Shown: positions 38,853 to 51,849, numbered from the stretch's first letter. The stretch: 64,000 bases of DNA from Fistulifera solaris (GCA_030295235.1 AP026136.1:744001-808000), one strand, 5' to 3'. The notes: generated from the letters alone by a model not told the origin. Made by a program: numbers and translations.

Positions 38853-39141
38853 AGTTGATTTATTTACTGATGAAGGAAAGAAACAACAACGACAACAACA
38901 AAGAGTCAATTACAGAGCTAGATGTGCGCTTGGTGATGTGCAACGAGACGGCCGGAGTAGTTGCATTTACCCCTTTACTAAAAAAAACTTGCCGGACGAA
39001 GACAGACCATAGTACATGTTTCGTACAAAAACCACGTACACCGCCGCCCGTTAAGTTTCCTCCATCGCGCTATTCATTCGGTCTCTTGTTATTGCAGAGC
39101 CCACTGGAATCAATTAAGCAAACTAACAACAAACTTTCAAA
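38853..39141. promoter_or_regulatory. Probable bidirectional promoter between RPS13 and RPS4
   Basis: Head-to-head orientation with about 290 nt between the RPS13 5'UTR intron donor and the RPS4 start. Confidence 0.6.
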
Positions 39142-40095
39142 ATGTAAGGAAGCGAATATCATTGCAAAGAAATTAAGGGTTTTCAATAGTTCCGTACGAA
39201 GAGGAGAATGTATTTTTCAATCGTAGTGTTTTTGTCTAGATGAGAAAAACGTCTCGCTGGTTGTTGTATTATTTCGGGCGTCCCTCTCTCACACACACGT
39301 CCTTCTTCTACAGGCCTCGTGGACCGAAAAAGCACTTGAAGCGCTTGAATGCGCCCAAACACTGGAACTTGGCCAAGATGGGGGTGTTTTCGCCCCCCGA
39401 CCTTCGGCAGGTCCCCATAAGCTACGTGAATGTGTGCCCGTAGCCATCATCCTTCGTGAACGTCTCAAGTACGCCTTGACCGGAAAGGAATGCAGTCAGA
39501 TCTGTATGGAACGTAATGTCAAGATTGATGGTAAGGTCCGAACGGACTGCAACTTCCCTTGCGGCTTCATGGACGTTATCGAGTTGGAGAAGGCCGGTGA
39601 TCTATTCCGTGTCATGTTCGACACGAAAGGGCGATTCGTTATGCATAAAATCAAGAAGGACGAAGCGCAATACAAGCTCTGCCGTGTCAACAACGTTATG
39701 GTTACCGCCAAGAAGATCCCGGTCGCCGTGACTCACGATGGACGCACCATTCGATACCCCGACCCGGATGTCAAGGTCAACGACACCGTCAAGGTGAATA
39801 TTGCCACCGGAAAAATGTCCGACATCTTGAAGTTCGAGCTCGGTGCCATGGTTACCATCACCAAGGGACGTAACACGGGTCGAGTCGGTCAAATCATGCA
39901 CGTGGAACACCACGACAACTCGTTCGACATTGTCTCGGTCAAGGACTCCAAGGGACACACATTCGCCACTCGTATGTCCAACGTCTTTGTAATTGGATCG
40001 GGATCCACCCCACAAGTGACCCTCCCAAAGGACGCGGTATCAAGAAGACCATTATTGAGGAGCGTGCGGAAGCACAAGCTGCCGGACGTCTTTAA
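39142..40095 (+). CDS. RPS4: 40S ribosomal protein S4 (eS4)
   Basis: MPRGPKKHLKRLNAPKHW...; start codon split AT|G by intron 39144-39313. Indels in G runs at ~39380 and ~40030. Corrected C-terminus ...GIKKTIIEERAEAQAAGRL*. Confidence 0.96.
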
Positions 40096-40490
40096 CTATG
40101 CCGTAACAGCCATTGATAAGATTAAAGTAACACTTAGCTTGATGACCACAGAAATTCCTAATTTTTTTAAAGAATTCAAGCAATTGTCTCGTTTGGATGG
40201 AGGGTGTTTACGGCTTCGAAGGAAGTACTTCCTGTAGACCAATACAAGTACCCAGTCGGAGGGGTGTAAGTTCCGGGACTGGCATCCAGTTGAGGAGTCG
40301 TCGTCGGGAGAAAAAGGAACCTACATTGTGACGTCACAGGGTTCGTTCCCGTCACGTCACACTGGTAAGGTGCCGGTACCGATAGCTGGACGGCTGGACG
40401 CACCGTATCATTTCTATGAAGCCACAACAAACAACAAACCTATTCTTCAGCAATCATCAACCAAAAAAAAAAACGAAAGAAAACTGGATT

Positions 40491-42387
40491 ATGGTCGCTA
40501 CTACTACTGCAGAGAAGAAAACAACCAAGGGGCGCAAATCGGCTTCGTTGAAAGTCGACATTAAGACCGATACCGGAAATGAATCGTCAACATCATCGAC
40601 GGCGGGTCCATTGACACCTCGATCCGCCCCATCTCCGGCTCAAGATTTACATCCTTATGCGCGTGGAGCTGTTATTGAAGTTTGGTATATTCCGAAAAAG
40701 ACTACAGGAGAAGAAGAGGAATGGTGGTGGACCGAATCTTCCGAAGAAGAAGACGACGACGACGAACAAAAATCGAGTTCGACCAAGTCACTGCGCCTCT
40801 GTGACATTATTGATCGAGCACCAGTACCCAATAAACCCGATGAGTGGCGGTATTACGTCCATTATCGTGATTTCAACCGTCGTATGGACGAATGGATCAA
40901 CACCGACCGTATTGTGTCTCCGCCTTCGATTGGAAACGCCAAGGCAAAACTGTTAAAGAAAGAAGAAGAGAAAAAAACACCGAAAACGGAAACAACCGGC
41001 GGAAGAAGTACTGGATGTTTTGGGACCCCGACAAAGTAGACGCCGGTCGGTGGGGCAAGTCGATGGGACGCATGAATCGTCGGAAGCATCGCGAACACGG
41101 TTGTCACGGAAAAAGTCCATGGACGACGATGCTACCATCGTGGCGTCCAACACGGCCGATGACGACGAAGAAGATCTGGAGAAAGGACGCGGTGCCAAGA
41201 CAAAATCGAGTGGAGTTCAACAGGCCGTACCGCACGGCGAAACCAACAACACCAACAAAAAAGAGATTGTGGCGTTATCGGCAGAAGCTGTCACAACTCA
41301 CACGGTCGATGGTCACGTGGTAGCTACCTTCAATGCGGTGGAGTTGGATGAACACGAAGGACTCGACGAACAAAGCTTGCGCGAGCACGAAGAAGTTACT
41401 AAAGTAAAGAATGTTGCCTTTCTCGAGTTGGGACAATTTCAAATGGAAACCTGGTATTTTTCGCCGCTTCCCAAGGAACTCTTGGGACCTTCTGGTTTTC
41501 TAGAAGTGCTTTACGTCTGTGAATTCACATTGCGCATGTTTTCGCGAAAATCAGAGTTGTTGCGCTTTCAGAAACGTCTGCCGACCGAGAATCGTCATCC
41601 TCCAGGAGATGAAATCTATCGCAAGGGTAATCTTTCCATGTTTGAAGTCGATGCCCAACAAGAAGAAATATATTGTCAGAACTTGAGTTACATCGCAAAG
41701 CTATTTCTGGATCACAAAACACTTTATTTCTCGGTGTCGCCGTTTCTATTTTACGTGCTCTGCGAAGTTGACGAACGTGGGTATCACCCGGTGGGGTATT
41801 TCAGCAAGGAGAAGTATAGTGACGTTGGCTATAACTTGGCCTGTATTTTGACTTTCCCATCCCACCAGCGCAAAGGTTACGGCCGTTTCTTGATCGCCTT
41901 TTCGTACGAGTTGTCCAAGAAAGAAGAAAAAGTGGGATCGCCTGAAAAGCCAATGTCTGATCTTGGCCAACAGGCATACAAGCCGTATTGGACATCCACT
42001 ATCATAGATTTTCTTTTGAACCAATCGGATGAGTCGGAGTTAAGCATCATGGTATGTACGACATGGATACGATTTTTATTATTATCGAGAATGTGACTAA
42101 ACTGTGCTATTTCATGTTAGGATATATCGAAAAGGACTTCCATCATGGCGGAAGACATAGTATTCACGTTGAACCAACTAGGTCTACTCAAATTCATTAA
42201 CGGAGTTTACTTCATTACGGCCGAAAGAACGTTACTAATGAATCTGGCGAAGAAATATCCTGTCAAGGAACCAAGGGTAGATTCATCGCGGCTGCACTGG
42301 ACTCCGTTTCTTACTGACATTAAACGGGACAAATTCAGCATCCACTCCAAGAAATCAAGCGTCTCCGAAGAGGGAAAGGCGAAGTAA
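40491..42387 (+). CDS. MYST-family histone acetyltransferase (Esa1/Tip60/HAM-like) with Tudor-knot/chromo domain
   Basis: 'YYVHYRDFNRRMDEW', 'ETWYFSP', 'FLDHKTLY', 'NLACIL', acetyl-CoA motif 'QRKGYG', 'GSPEKPMSDLG'. Intron 42052-42120. Indel(s) in the A runs at ~40970-40990. Confidence 0.94.
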
Positions 42388-42402
42388 TACCTCCTTGCAA
42401 AG

Positions 42403-45400
42403 TCATTGAGTGGAAAGGTTGCCATTAGCCTTCACACGAGCTGCAAGCTCGTCGACAACTGTGCTCCTTCGAAGGCGTTGACGTTCCGGCAGCTCGCACT
42501 TGTCATTGCGCTCGTTTGAAACACCATCCAAACTGCCTACCAGGGACTCCGTTAAGAACGAACTCCCAACTACACCGTCGATGTCGTAATAGCATCGATC
42601 ACAGACGCGGACCGGAACAGTAAGTCCCATCGACGGAAGCGGCACTCGATTCTGAGCACATTGATCACAAACTAAAGTCCCGCAACTGCGACAGTTGTGT
42701 TTATCTCGTGCTTCCTGGGCTTCATTGTTGAATGTACTCGCCCATGTAAATCGACTTGCGCAACACGAACTAAAGACAGGTTGAGTGACCTCTCTGCTTT
42801 TACAAATCAAGATAGAGTAGGAAACGTACCATGTGTCATCCTCGTCATACGCTGTCCAACGAGGAGGAGCTTCCTGTGCTCGACGAACAGTGCGAACCTC
42901 CAGTAGAGCTTCGTAATAGTTTTTGCATTTATGGTCTGAGAGCATGTTCCCCGCTAGACTAACGCTGCGCAATTCGCGAAAATCTCGTGGTACATAGACT
43001 GCTTTATAAACCCCTCTGTGCGCATAAATGTGGGCGATTTTCCCAGGAACGAACATCCGAGGCAACGGACTTTCTTCTAGTATGACGGGCTCTTGATCGT
43101 CTTTTTCATTCTGGCCTGAATCGTCACATGCCGAATTGCTCTTGGTGGACGTACTTTCGCCAGATATATCCTGATCGAGTGCGTCATTGAATTCCTCATC
43201 GTCACTATCCTCTAAAAGTTTTTCGTCTGGGTCGTAGTATTCATCGTCATCAATAACAAGACTACGAGGCGCCGATCGCGAATCCAAACCGCACATGTAG
43301 TCCACCGCTAAGGCAACGGGGACATCATCTGCCCCTGTTTCCCCATCTGGGGATGCTCTTGTGTTCACTTCCCACCCTTGACTTTCCCATGTGGTGATGT
43401 CTTCACTTACATTTCCACCCACAATATTTTCCTCTTTGACTAGTATGTCTTTAACAGATAGCAACCTCTGCTTGCTAGCAATGATCTGACTTTTGCAATA
43501 CCTTTTCAGTTGCTTTGAAGAAGCAGAAAGAGTAAATCCTTCGCGCCATCTGAAAAGAGAGTGGCATCTGGTTAGGGCACGATTCAAATCAAGGTCAAAA
43601 ACAAAGAAATAGTATTGAATTACCTAGGCGCCCATACTGACTTAGCTCGATCTGTGATCGCCAGAATATCATCAGGCAAATGTTCTTTGACCCAGGTTTC
43701 TCGAATATGCAGAAGAAACTTTAACAGTTCTCTGCAGCTAACGAGGGTAAGGCGCGGAACCGCGTCGTCATGCAGAACCGCTGTTGTAACGAACGAGCCA
43801 ACAAAGTCTGACAGTCTGACGTCAATGCAAGGCGGCGTTCCATACGCATACACCCTTAATATGCTCTGTTCCGCCAAGGAGGAAAAAGAAGGAAATTGTT
43901 CCGGCAACTCCTTTTTAAGATCTCTCAACACCAGGACCCCCAACAAAGTCGCTACTGCTCCACCGAGTGAATGCCCAGTCAGTCGAATACGAAATCCTCG
44001 TTTTGCGTAGTCAACCAGCGCGTCAATGTGCTCCCGGTGCAGATTTATCGCAGCGTTAGCCATACCACAAACAGCCAACCCTTGACCCTCTTGCACTTCT
44101 GTCCAGTCGTCGTTATTCTGTTGTGTCGCTGATTCCGTTCCCGATCCAACACAAAGATCCGGAAAAGGAAGTGGAGCTTGACGAATGTCTGTGACAACAT
44201 CCTGTATTGAAGATGTTCCGCGAATGGATAAACAAGCAATTTTGTGCTCATCGTGGACAAAAAGAGCTGAGGCAGGCAAATCATATCCCAACTCCGAGTC
44301 TTGCAAATGCAAATGAGCGTAGACCAAACGCCAACCTTGTTGCGCTGCGAGGAGCTGCATGTCCACCTCTTTTTCCGCGTAAATGAAATTGAGTGCTATA
44401 GGAGCATAAAAAATGAGGGACTTGAAACCAAGAAACAGTCCGCGTGAGACAAAAACGTTTTTAAGGTTGATAGTACAACGACATACCTCTAGTGCTGCAT
44501 CTGGTAGCCTGTCGCATACCGCATTAGGTTCTTCCAACTCGCCTTCACTTGCGTCACAGGGAGTCATATCTTTCTGTTTAGCCTTTTCCGTTTGAGCCAT
44601 TAAAAGCTTTTCACTCTTACTCTGTCCTCCTTTTTCGTGATCATCTGCTACACGAACAGCATGAATTTTATGCTCATGGTCCGGGTTTAGCCCTCTCATC
44701 GCTCGATGCTGTGCCAGCGCGTAGAAAATCGCCGCGCTGAGCTCATGGACGCTTAAAGGCCAGGAATTCCGATTTATATTGAGCGTCTTTTGCAAAAGAT
44801 CCGCTGCCGCCAGGAATTCTTTGCGTAACATAATTGTATATATCCCATTCAATCCATACTTCCGCAAGACATCAGCAGTCTCTACGGCAACAGCTGCTTG
44901 AGCCCCCAGCGGTATCTTCTTTGCCATTGTGATTGCCGCTTCCGCTATCCGAACTGCCACTTCTTCCAGGCTGTCAACCCCTGTATCAAAGTACGGTCTT
45001 AAATTCCCTTCTTTATGATCACGACAGCGAGCTAGTCTCCATGCCACCCTTTCTGCCAAATTGTGCTCCAGTAATTGGATTTTGCAGTTGTCACAAACTC
45101 GTTCAGGTACATCCTGATGGTATCCTAAATGAGGCAGCCGATGACTGCACGAGCTATGCGCATGACAAAAGCTCTTGCCACACATTCGACAATGGTGGCG
45201 CAACCGCGTGGGTCCAAACGTTTTGTGACAAGTGAAACAGCTCTCGGCTTTTTGCCACGGCGGCCTTCGCATGGGGGTTGGCACCAGTGTACGAGCGCGG
45301 TGAAAATCAGCATCTTCGTTGGCAAAGTCATCCTCCATGGGTGAATCGAGTAATGTGCCACCGTCCACTTTCTCCTCCTCTTCCGGCAAATACGTCCTCC

Positions 45401-45983
45401 ATTCTTTTACTAGCTGTCGTTCGATCCACACCAAAGTGCTAAACGGGGGAAGTTCCAGAGCTTCCGCAGCGGGTCGAAAATAACCCGTTGCAGTATTGCC
45501 CAGTTCACTGTATTGCCGTTTCCACCGCCCTTTACAGTACGCGAACCGAGCGGTGCGATGAATTCGAATCATCGTCGAAGTCAAGAGCTCTCGCGCGGCC
45601 ATGGGGATGACTTCTTTGGAAATTTCTCTCCACGATGGAGCCGGTAGTGGAGCACTAATTGTGCCGCCAGAAATGGTATGGACATCATTCCTGCACACTG
45701 GGTCGAGCCTCGCGTTAACATCCCAATCGTGATCGGTGCGGTTTGACGATGCGTATGGATAAATATCATTGGGTAAAGCTACCCCCTCATTTGTCTCTAC
45801 AGGCGAGTCATCCACTTCAATATCATAATTGTCACATTCTTCGAACCATGATTGGGGTGCAGGAAGAAGATCATCATCGTTTTCCTTGATGGATGATTCG
45901 ACGCTCTCGGTATCGCTGGCAATCGTGTCCTGATTTGAATAAGACGGCCGAGGAGTCTCTCGCGCGGCAATCACCGACGTCAT
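42403..45983 (-). CDS. FYVE - class 3 lipase - FYVE protein (diacylglycerol-lipase-like)
   Basis: FYVE1 'RHHCRMCG...RVCDNC'; lipase 'SIRGTSS', 'TGHSLGG', 'DDAVPRL'; FYVE2 'KHNCRSCG...RVCDRC'. Introns 44421-44486, 43550-43623 and 42770-42829. Confidence 0.88.
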
Positions 45984-46578
45984 GATATGCTTTGCCTTTG
46001 GAAAACAAGTAATGCAAGCCGAAAAGAAAAATAACAAACAAGAGAAGGACTAAATAGGTAACAAAGTGATTCTCATTACCGATCATGGCCGTCACCGCGT
46101 CACGCCAGAAAAACGAAAAAAGAACATGAAAAATAAACCCGCGACGTATCCGTTCTCGGTATCATTAGAGCTAGTGTTTATGGACTCGATGAAATGAACC
46201 ATCGTATCCCCAGCACCACAACTTATTCAAATACAAAGTATTCAGAGCCAATACACACCACCGATCAGGACAACAGAGAGGTCTTTGTCACAATCCATCC
46301 ACTTAGGATGATTGAATTTCTTTCTTTGGTCCCTGGAACCGTGGTTTCTGATGGAAAATATTGACTATTGGTAAACTCGTGACGCATGCTTGGCAACATC
46401 CCGTCGGAAATAATTCTCTCTCTAGCAAAATTAAGGTGAATGATCGAAGGCATTCTACTAAACAAAGCCATACACTTATTTTGTATCAAAAGTACTTGAC
46501 ACTTAGATTAAACATTACCTATTAGATAAACACGTAAAGACGATGGTTTGATAGCGAAGATCGGTGGTTTGAGGTCAC

Positions 46579-48553
46579 TCACATAGATCCATCTTCGATG
46601 TCTGTTGAACGAGACTTTTCTCGTTTCTTATTCCTTTGTGATTCTCCACCGGTATCAGAAGTAGCTTCAGTTTGATTCGGACGGCTCTTCTTTATCGGTG
46701 ATTCATCAGCGGAGGGAGTCTCTGCTTTTGTTCTTGATTTCTTCGTTCCGTCAGTTGCCTTGGTTTTGGTGGAACCAGATGATTCGGTTTTCTTGGCAGC
46801 GCCTTTCTTCGGAGAAGCTTCTGTGCTCTTTTTGGGGGATTTACCGGATGTGGTCTTGGATTGCTTCGCTCCATTCGCTGACTCGGAGGAAGCAGCTGAT
46901 TCTGTTTTGTTCTCCGCTGCTTTCTTCGGAGCAACTTCCTTGCTTTTTTCGGGACGACTCTTACTAGGTGATTCAAAGGTTGGTGTCTCTGAGTTTGCCA
47001 TAGATTTGTCCGCTGACTTTGTCGTCGTTGAAGCAGATTTCTTTGCTGTCGCTTTTGATGCAGCCTTTTCCGGTGCTTTAGCCTTGGATTGTTTTGCTCC
47101 GTCCGCTGACTCGCCGGAAGTAGATTCTGTTTTGTTCTTTACCACTTTCTTCTTGGGCGATTCATCTGCAGGAGTCTCTACTTTCAATTTCTCCGTTGAC
47201 TTGGACGAGGCGGACGTAGCTGCTGTTTTTTTCACCGCTGTCTTCTTCGGAGCAGCCTCCTTGACTTTTGTGGGCGCTTTTTCAGCAGGTGTCTCTGCTG
47301 CCGCCTTTGTCTGCTCCACTCCGGCGGAAGCAGATTCTGATTTCTTTGCCACGGCTTTCTTCGGAGCAGCCTCTTTGTTCTTCTCCTCGTCGCCCTTTTT
47401 CGCAGTTTTAGTAGTGGTCTTTATCTTTTTGGACGGTGGATTAGCTTCGCCCTCTGTTTGTGTACTCGTTTTCGTAGAGTTCTTAGAGCCTACTGGCCGT
47501 CCTCGTTTCTTCGGATCGCCGGGTACTTCCACTTTATCCGCAGGCTTAGCGATTTCGTCTAACACATTCTTCTTGCTATCGTCGCTCTTGCCGGCAGTTG
47601 AGGGAGCGGGTTTGGCGGTCGTTGGTATTTTGGTTGGCGAAGGGGCCGGTGGGGTTTCTGCGGTCGGAGTAGAAATCTTCTTAGCTAATGAAGATGTTGA
47701 TGATTTCTTCTCCGTCTCTAAAGAAGTCGTAGCTTTAGCTGCAGATGTCTTCGTTTGTGTCGTAGACGGCTTTTTGACTGCAACAAGTTGTGTCGAAGGA
47801 GGTGTTGGATCTAAAGACTTCGACACGACCATTTTGGACAAGTCAAGGTCTTGCGTGTGATCAAATCGAGTTGCCTCGTCGATATTTTCGGCATGAGTCC
47901 AAATGCGAATTACCTTTACGCGGTCATTGATTCCCTCGATCGCTCCAAACGGCGCTACACTGTCCGAAAGAACAGCCACCAAGTCAGCGGCAGCAGGAGG
48001 CCCCCGAAAGGTAGATGCCATAGCATTGACATGGTCCCAGACTCCATCACTGTAGCTGGCTATTGGTAGATTTTCTTTGCCGAGACGAACTTCCTCACTC
48101 TTGGTCGAGATCGCTGTAGAAACACTGATCCGCGGCACTTTGGAAATATCGTTGGGAACTTTGGCCCCTCGAGCAACACTAGCAAGTCGTAACCGCCACC
48201 GAAACAAAGAAAGACGCTGCTTTTCGTTCTTTTCGCATCAACGCGTGTCTACGTACTAATTTCAGAATCCAATCCGGTGCGCAATCGGTCAGCAAGGATC
48301 TCCCGAATTCCGCCACCGTTTTGGATTCCATGTCGGAGGGCTTTTTGACAATGGTGACGACGGAGAGATCTGTGTTGCAATCGGGATATGTTTTCGAGTT
48401 TACGAGGTTCACTTCTATTCGAATAGAAGGAAAGGGATTGGGCATGAATGGAGGATGCGGGAAATGAAATCCTGCATGTGGTGGCATGAAGCCCGGCATC
48501 GGTGGTTGCCCATAGTTCGTCGGCAATGAAGGAGAAAGACCTTGGCGATCCAT
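46579..48553 (-). CDS. Lys/Ala/Ser/Thr-rich repetitive protein with an AT-hook (histone H1 tail-like)
   Basis: Pro-rich N-terminus, AT-hook 'KKRGRPVGSKN', many APKK/SPKK motifs, no signal peptide. Indel at ~48210-48230. Confidence 0.6.
46640..47390 (-). repeat. Degenerate tandem coding repeats (KEAAPKK..KKSES / ETP..ESP.KK / ESA[DN]GAKQSK)
   Basis: At least four copies of KE[AV]APKK/EASPKK, three of ETPxxESP and two of ESA[DN]GAKQSK in the translation. Confidence 0.75.
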
Positions 48554-49043
48554 ATTATTGTGATTCTTGCGTAAATAGACTTAGCAACTGTTTTATTTGG
48601 ACGGTAGTAGAAATGCCAGTTTACTTTTCCACGCAATTTTTTGTGTCAAAGAGGGAACGCAAAGCGAAGCGTGTCGAGAAGTACTGGTACCAGGTATGGT
48701 ATATCCAAGGTGCTTTCGTCTTGGCCTTTTTCTTTTTTTGTCCCATCTAAATAATCCTTTACAAACTCTTACAACGCATTTTCACTTAGAGGGCTCTTTC
48801 CTAAGTAAAATCTCACACTATGATAATAAAGTGGACCTTTGGGCAGTGACCAAAGAAAAGGGAACAATCTCGTCGTCTGTTTTCACCTCACTCAACTCTC
48901 TTCCTAAATAATTCTTCTCGCTGTCCGCATCCACGCAACCGAAAAAGCTTGGGGGCGTGTTTCTGTCAAAGGAAGACAGCGCGGATCACAGCAAAAGGAA
49001 TCAAACCAATTAGAACTAGCAAAAACCATATTGAGAGATTTCA

Positions 49044-50105
49044 ATGATTGTGAAATTTTCATATCTACTCCTTTTTTTGGCTGTTTCACAAATCCGACAA
49101 GGACACGCGTTCGTATCGATTCAAGTCTACACTATCAATAAGAAACACTGGCGAGGATGCCGGAATCATCTATCGAAACAAAACCTAAGTAGTGATCAAG
49201 TCCGAGATTCCATAGGTGATTCCAGAGAACATTTACTTTCACTAGATCCGGATTCGGAAGAAGCCCAGCAAATTGTCCTCGACGATTTACAACAAAGTGA
49301 GGAAACACTATCCAAGTTACGGAAGCTCAGTTACTTGGTCACAGAATGGAACGATCGAATCAATCTTGTGAGTCGACAGGATTGTTCCACGTCGACTGTA
49401 TTTGGTCGCCATGTGCTTCCTTCTGCTGCTGTCACTCAATTGAAGGGCGACGACGGGGAACCTTTTTTACGTAAAGCCAAACGTGTCGTGGATGTCGGGA
49501 CAGGTGGTGGATTTCCAGGACTACCACTGGCAATTTTGTATCCAGAAACCAATTTTGTGTTATTGGACAGTGTCGGCAAAAAACTGACGGCGTGTACGGA
49601 TATGGCCGAACGTCTGGGTCTGTTAAACGTTAAGACACACCACGGAAGGTCGGAGGAGCTGATCGACAGTAAGTTTGATATCGTGACAGGACGTAGCGTA
49701 ACGTCGGTTCCACAATTCTGCGCGTGGGTACAGCATCTGCTGACGGACGATGGTCACCTGCTGTATTGGATTGGAGGTGGAGATATTCCCCAGAACGCGT
49801 TAGAGGTAGTCCAGCAAGATGTTCCTCTTTCCGAGCTGGTGCCAGTGCTGCAGTCGTCCGATAAGCGCATTCTAGTTTTCCCAGCCACGGCTGTTCGGCA
49901 GATTGCCAAAGAAAGTGGATTACTACCCAAACGAAAAGCAGTAAAGAATTCAACAACCAACAAAACGAAAAACAAACCGCAGCGGATACCAAAAACGAAA
50001 GGCGAGTGGCGTAAAAAAGCGAGCGACGAACCGAAGCAACGAGGCTATGAATCTTTCAAACGATATTCATCATCTCCGCGCAATAGATCAAGTAGTGGTG
50101 ATTAA
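49044..50105 (+). CDS. rsmG: 16S rRNA m7G527 methyltransferase RsmG/GidB, plastid-targeted
   Basis: Signal peptide with 'GHA-FVS' junction; 'EWNDRINLVSR', 'RHVLPS', SAM motif 'DVGTGGGFPGLPLAI', 'LLDSVGKK'. Confidence 0.93.
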   Translation: MIVKFSYLLLFLAVSQIRQGHAFVSIQVYTINKKHWRGCRNHLSKQNLSSDQVRDSIGDSREHLLSLDPDSEEAQQIVLDDLQQSEETLSKLRKLSYLVTEWNDRINLVSRQDCSTSTVFGRHVLPSAAVTQLKGDDGEPFLRKAKRVVDVGTGGGFPGLPLAILYPETNFVLLDSVGKKLTACTDMAERLGLLNVKTHHGRSEELIDSKFDIVTGRSVTSVPQFCAWVQHLLTDDGHLLYWIGGGDIPQNALEVVQQDVPLSELVPVLQSSDKRILVFPATAVRQIAKESGLLPKRKAVKNSTTNKTKNKPQRIPKTKGEWRKKASDEPKQRGYESFKRYSSSPRNRSSSGD

Positions 50106-50561
50106 GGCATAAATATCTACGAAAACGTGTTCTGTTATCATTTATGATTAGCCCAATGAAGCTGAAATCGCATGGAAGGTGCCTCTTTTGAGAAAGCACC
50201 AAACGAATATCTGCCGTTGAATCGACCCAAGAATAACGCAAGGGTTTGTCTGCAAAACAAATCATGGGTCCCTCGCAACGATGCATAGAATTCCGAGCGA
50301 TAGGCTCGCTCTCACTTTTAATGCATGCGGGTAAAAGAAGTGCGTGAGAGCGATATCTTCAGTGAGGTTAAAACACGTGATGCTTTCGATCATGGAATCA
50401 TTGAATCCAAATAACATCATAGTTGTTCAGACCTATTGATCCCATTTCATCGGTGTATTATCAGCTTCCGTGGCGAAACACAAAATCGTGGATAGAAGCA
50501 CATACCCTATTGCAGAAGTACTACTACGTTTCTTCAGAATCTAAGCGACAAGTTGGCTCCA

Positions 50562-51304
50562 TTACGAGAATTCCAAAGACGGGTCCTTGTATCCGTAGTC
50601 GGATCCGTCCAGTGGTACATGACCATGATCATTGAAATGAAAGCAGACATTCAGAGGAAAACGAAGGACACGTACGAAATGTCCCACCATGGAAACGGTC
50701 CATCGACATAGAGATGAATAAGCGCCATCGGGGTTGTCCGCTACTTGCCACGCGGTGAATATACTGACGCACACCGCCAGCCAGATACAAAAAGGAGTCC
50801 ATGCGACCCCTGAAAAATTTTCATGGTTGATGTCCCTTCTCGTATGATAGTGCTGATATCCTCAACCTCGAGCTCTGTGAATGTATTTTCGTTGCTTGAA
50901 GACTCTGTATCCAAAGGATTGCTAGATTCATTGGTGCCGTGTTCATTCGATACTCTTGATGGGTTATTGATACCCTTCTCTCCCTGATTTATACTATGAG
51001 TATCTTGATTTGTTGCCTCGGCAGTTTCCTCTTTAGTAATGGGGTTCATTTTAGCCTCCGATGCAGCAGTATCGGAAAGTGTCGCTGTCTCGTCATTTTT
51101 CAGTTTGTTGTTTTTTAATGAATGGTTCTCCAACAAAATACGCCTATCAGATCCTGAAACCGTGTGTGAATGAGTGTGGTGTGCTGAAACGGGAGTCGTC
51201 TTCTCAGCCATGGTCCGGACAAGATGAGGAAGAGATTCGCCCAAACGATACGCGACTACATGAGCTCCGAAACAAATGCCAACGAGCAACAGTAGAAGCG
51301 TCAT
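50562..51304 (-). CDS. Single-pass membrane protein A, silicalemma-associated protein (SAP)-like
   Basis: Signal peptide, 'RRILL' (RxL), N/E/T/S-rich low-complexity region. After correcting an indel at ~50834 the frame continues as TM 'WTPFCIWLAVCVSIFTAW' then 'QVADNPDGAYSSLCRWTV'. Confidence 0.65.
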
Positions 51305-51849
51305 TGATGTCGCTTGGTAATAAACGCGAAAATGAAGCTCTTTTTGCTCTTTATCATCCTTTTAAATGTCATGTTTTATTTTATGTAAAAGAGATGTCGA
51401 TAACAAGGTTTGTTGTTGGTTGTTGCGTATCTTTTGCAGAAAAAATGTGTCCAAGTTTCGTTTTTGATTTTGGGCCGCCGGATGTGAACGCCTGCAAGCC
51501 GGGGTCCGTCTATTTCTTTCACTGGCCTGCGCGATTTTCCGTTTTCTACATAATATTTAGTTTAGGTACTATAAACTTGAATGTAGTTTCTCCAACGCCT
51601 TAAAGTTGAATCACGCAGAGACACTCCCAAGTTACTCCGAAACGGGCAGCACACACTGGGAAACGGTGACGCGGGAATGTAACTCCGAGCGCACGACAAT
51701 ACCTCAAAGAGTACCTGGTAATAAAGCACAAGCCGAAAAAATAGACAGATTGACGTTAGGAACTCCAACCAAAAACAAGACAAGAAAACCTCGTGCTTCA
51801 TCACAACAACACAACAACACAACGGTCATTATCGTACAAAACAGGCACC

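Noticed and set aside
46760..47860. 366-aa antisense ORF rich in Phe/Ala/Ser
   Set aside because: Shadow of the low-complexity Lys-rich gene on the opposite strand.
46579..48553. Silaffin or cingulin call for the Lys/Ser-rich protein
   Set aside because: No signal peptide or RxL processing pattern; the AT-hook and SPKK motifs point to a nuclear role.
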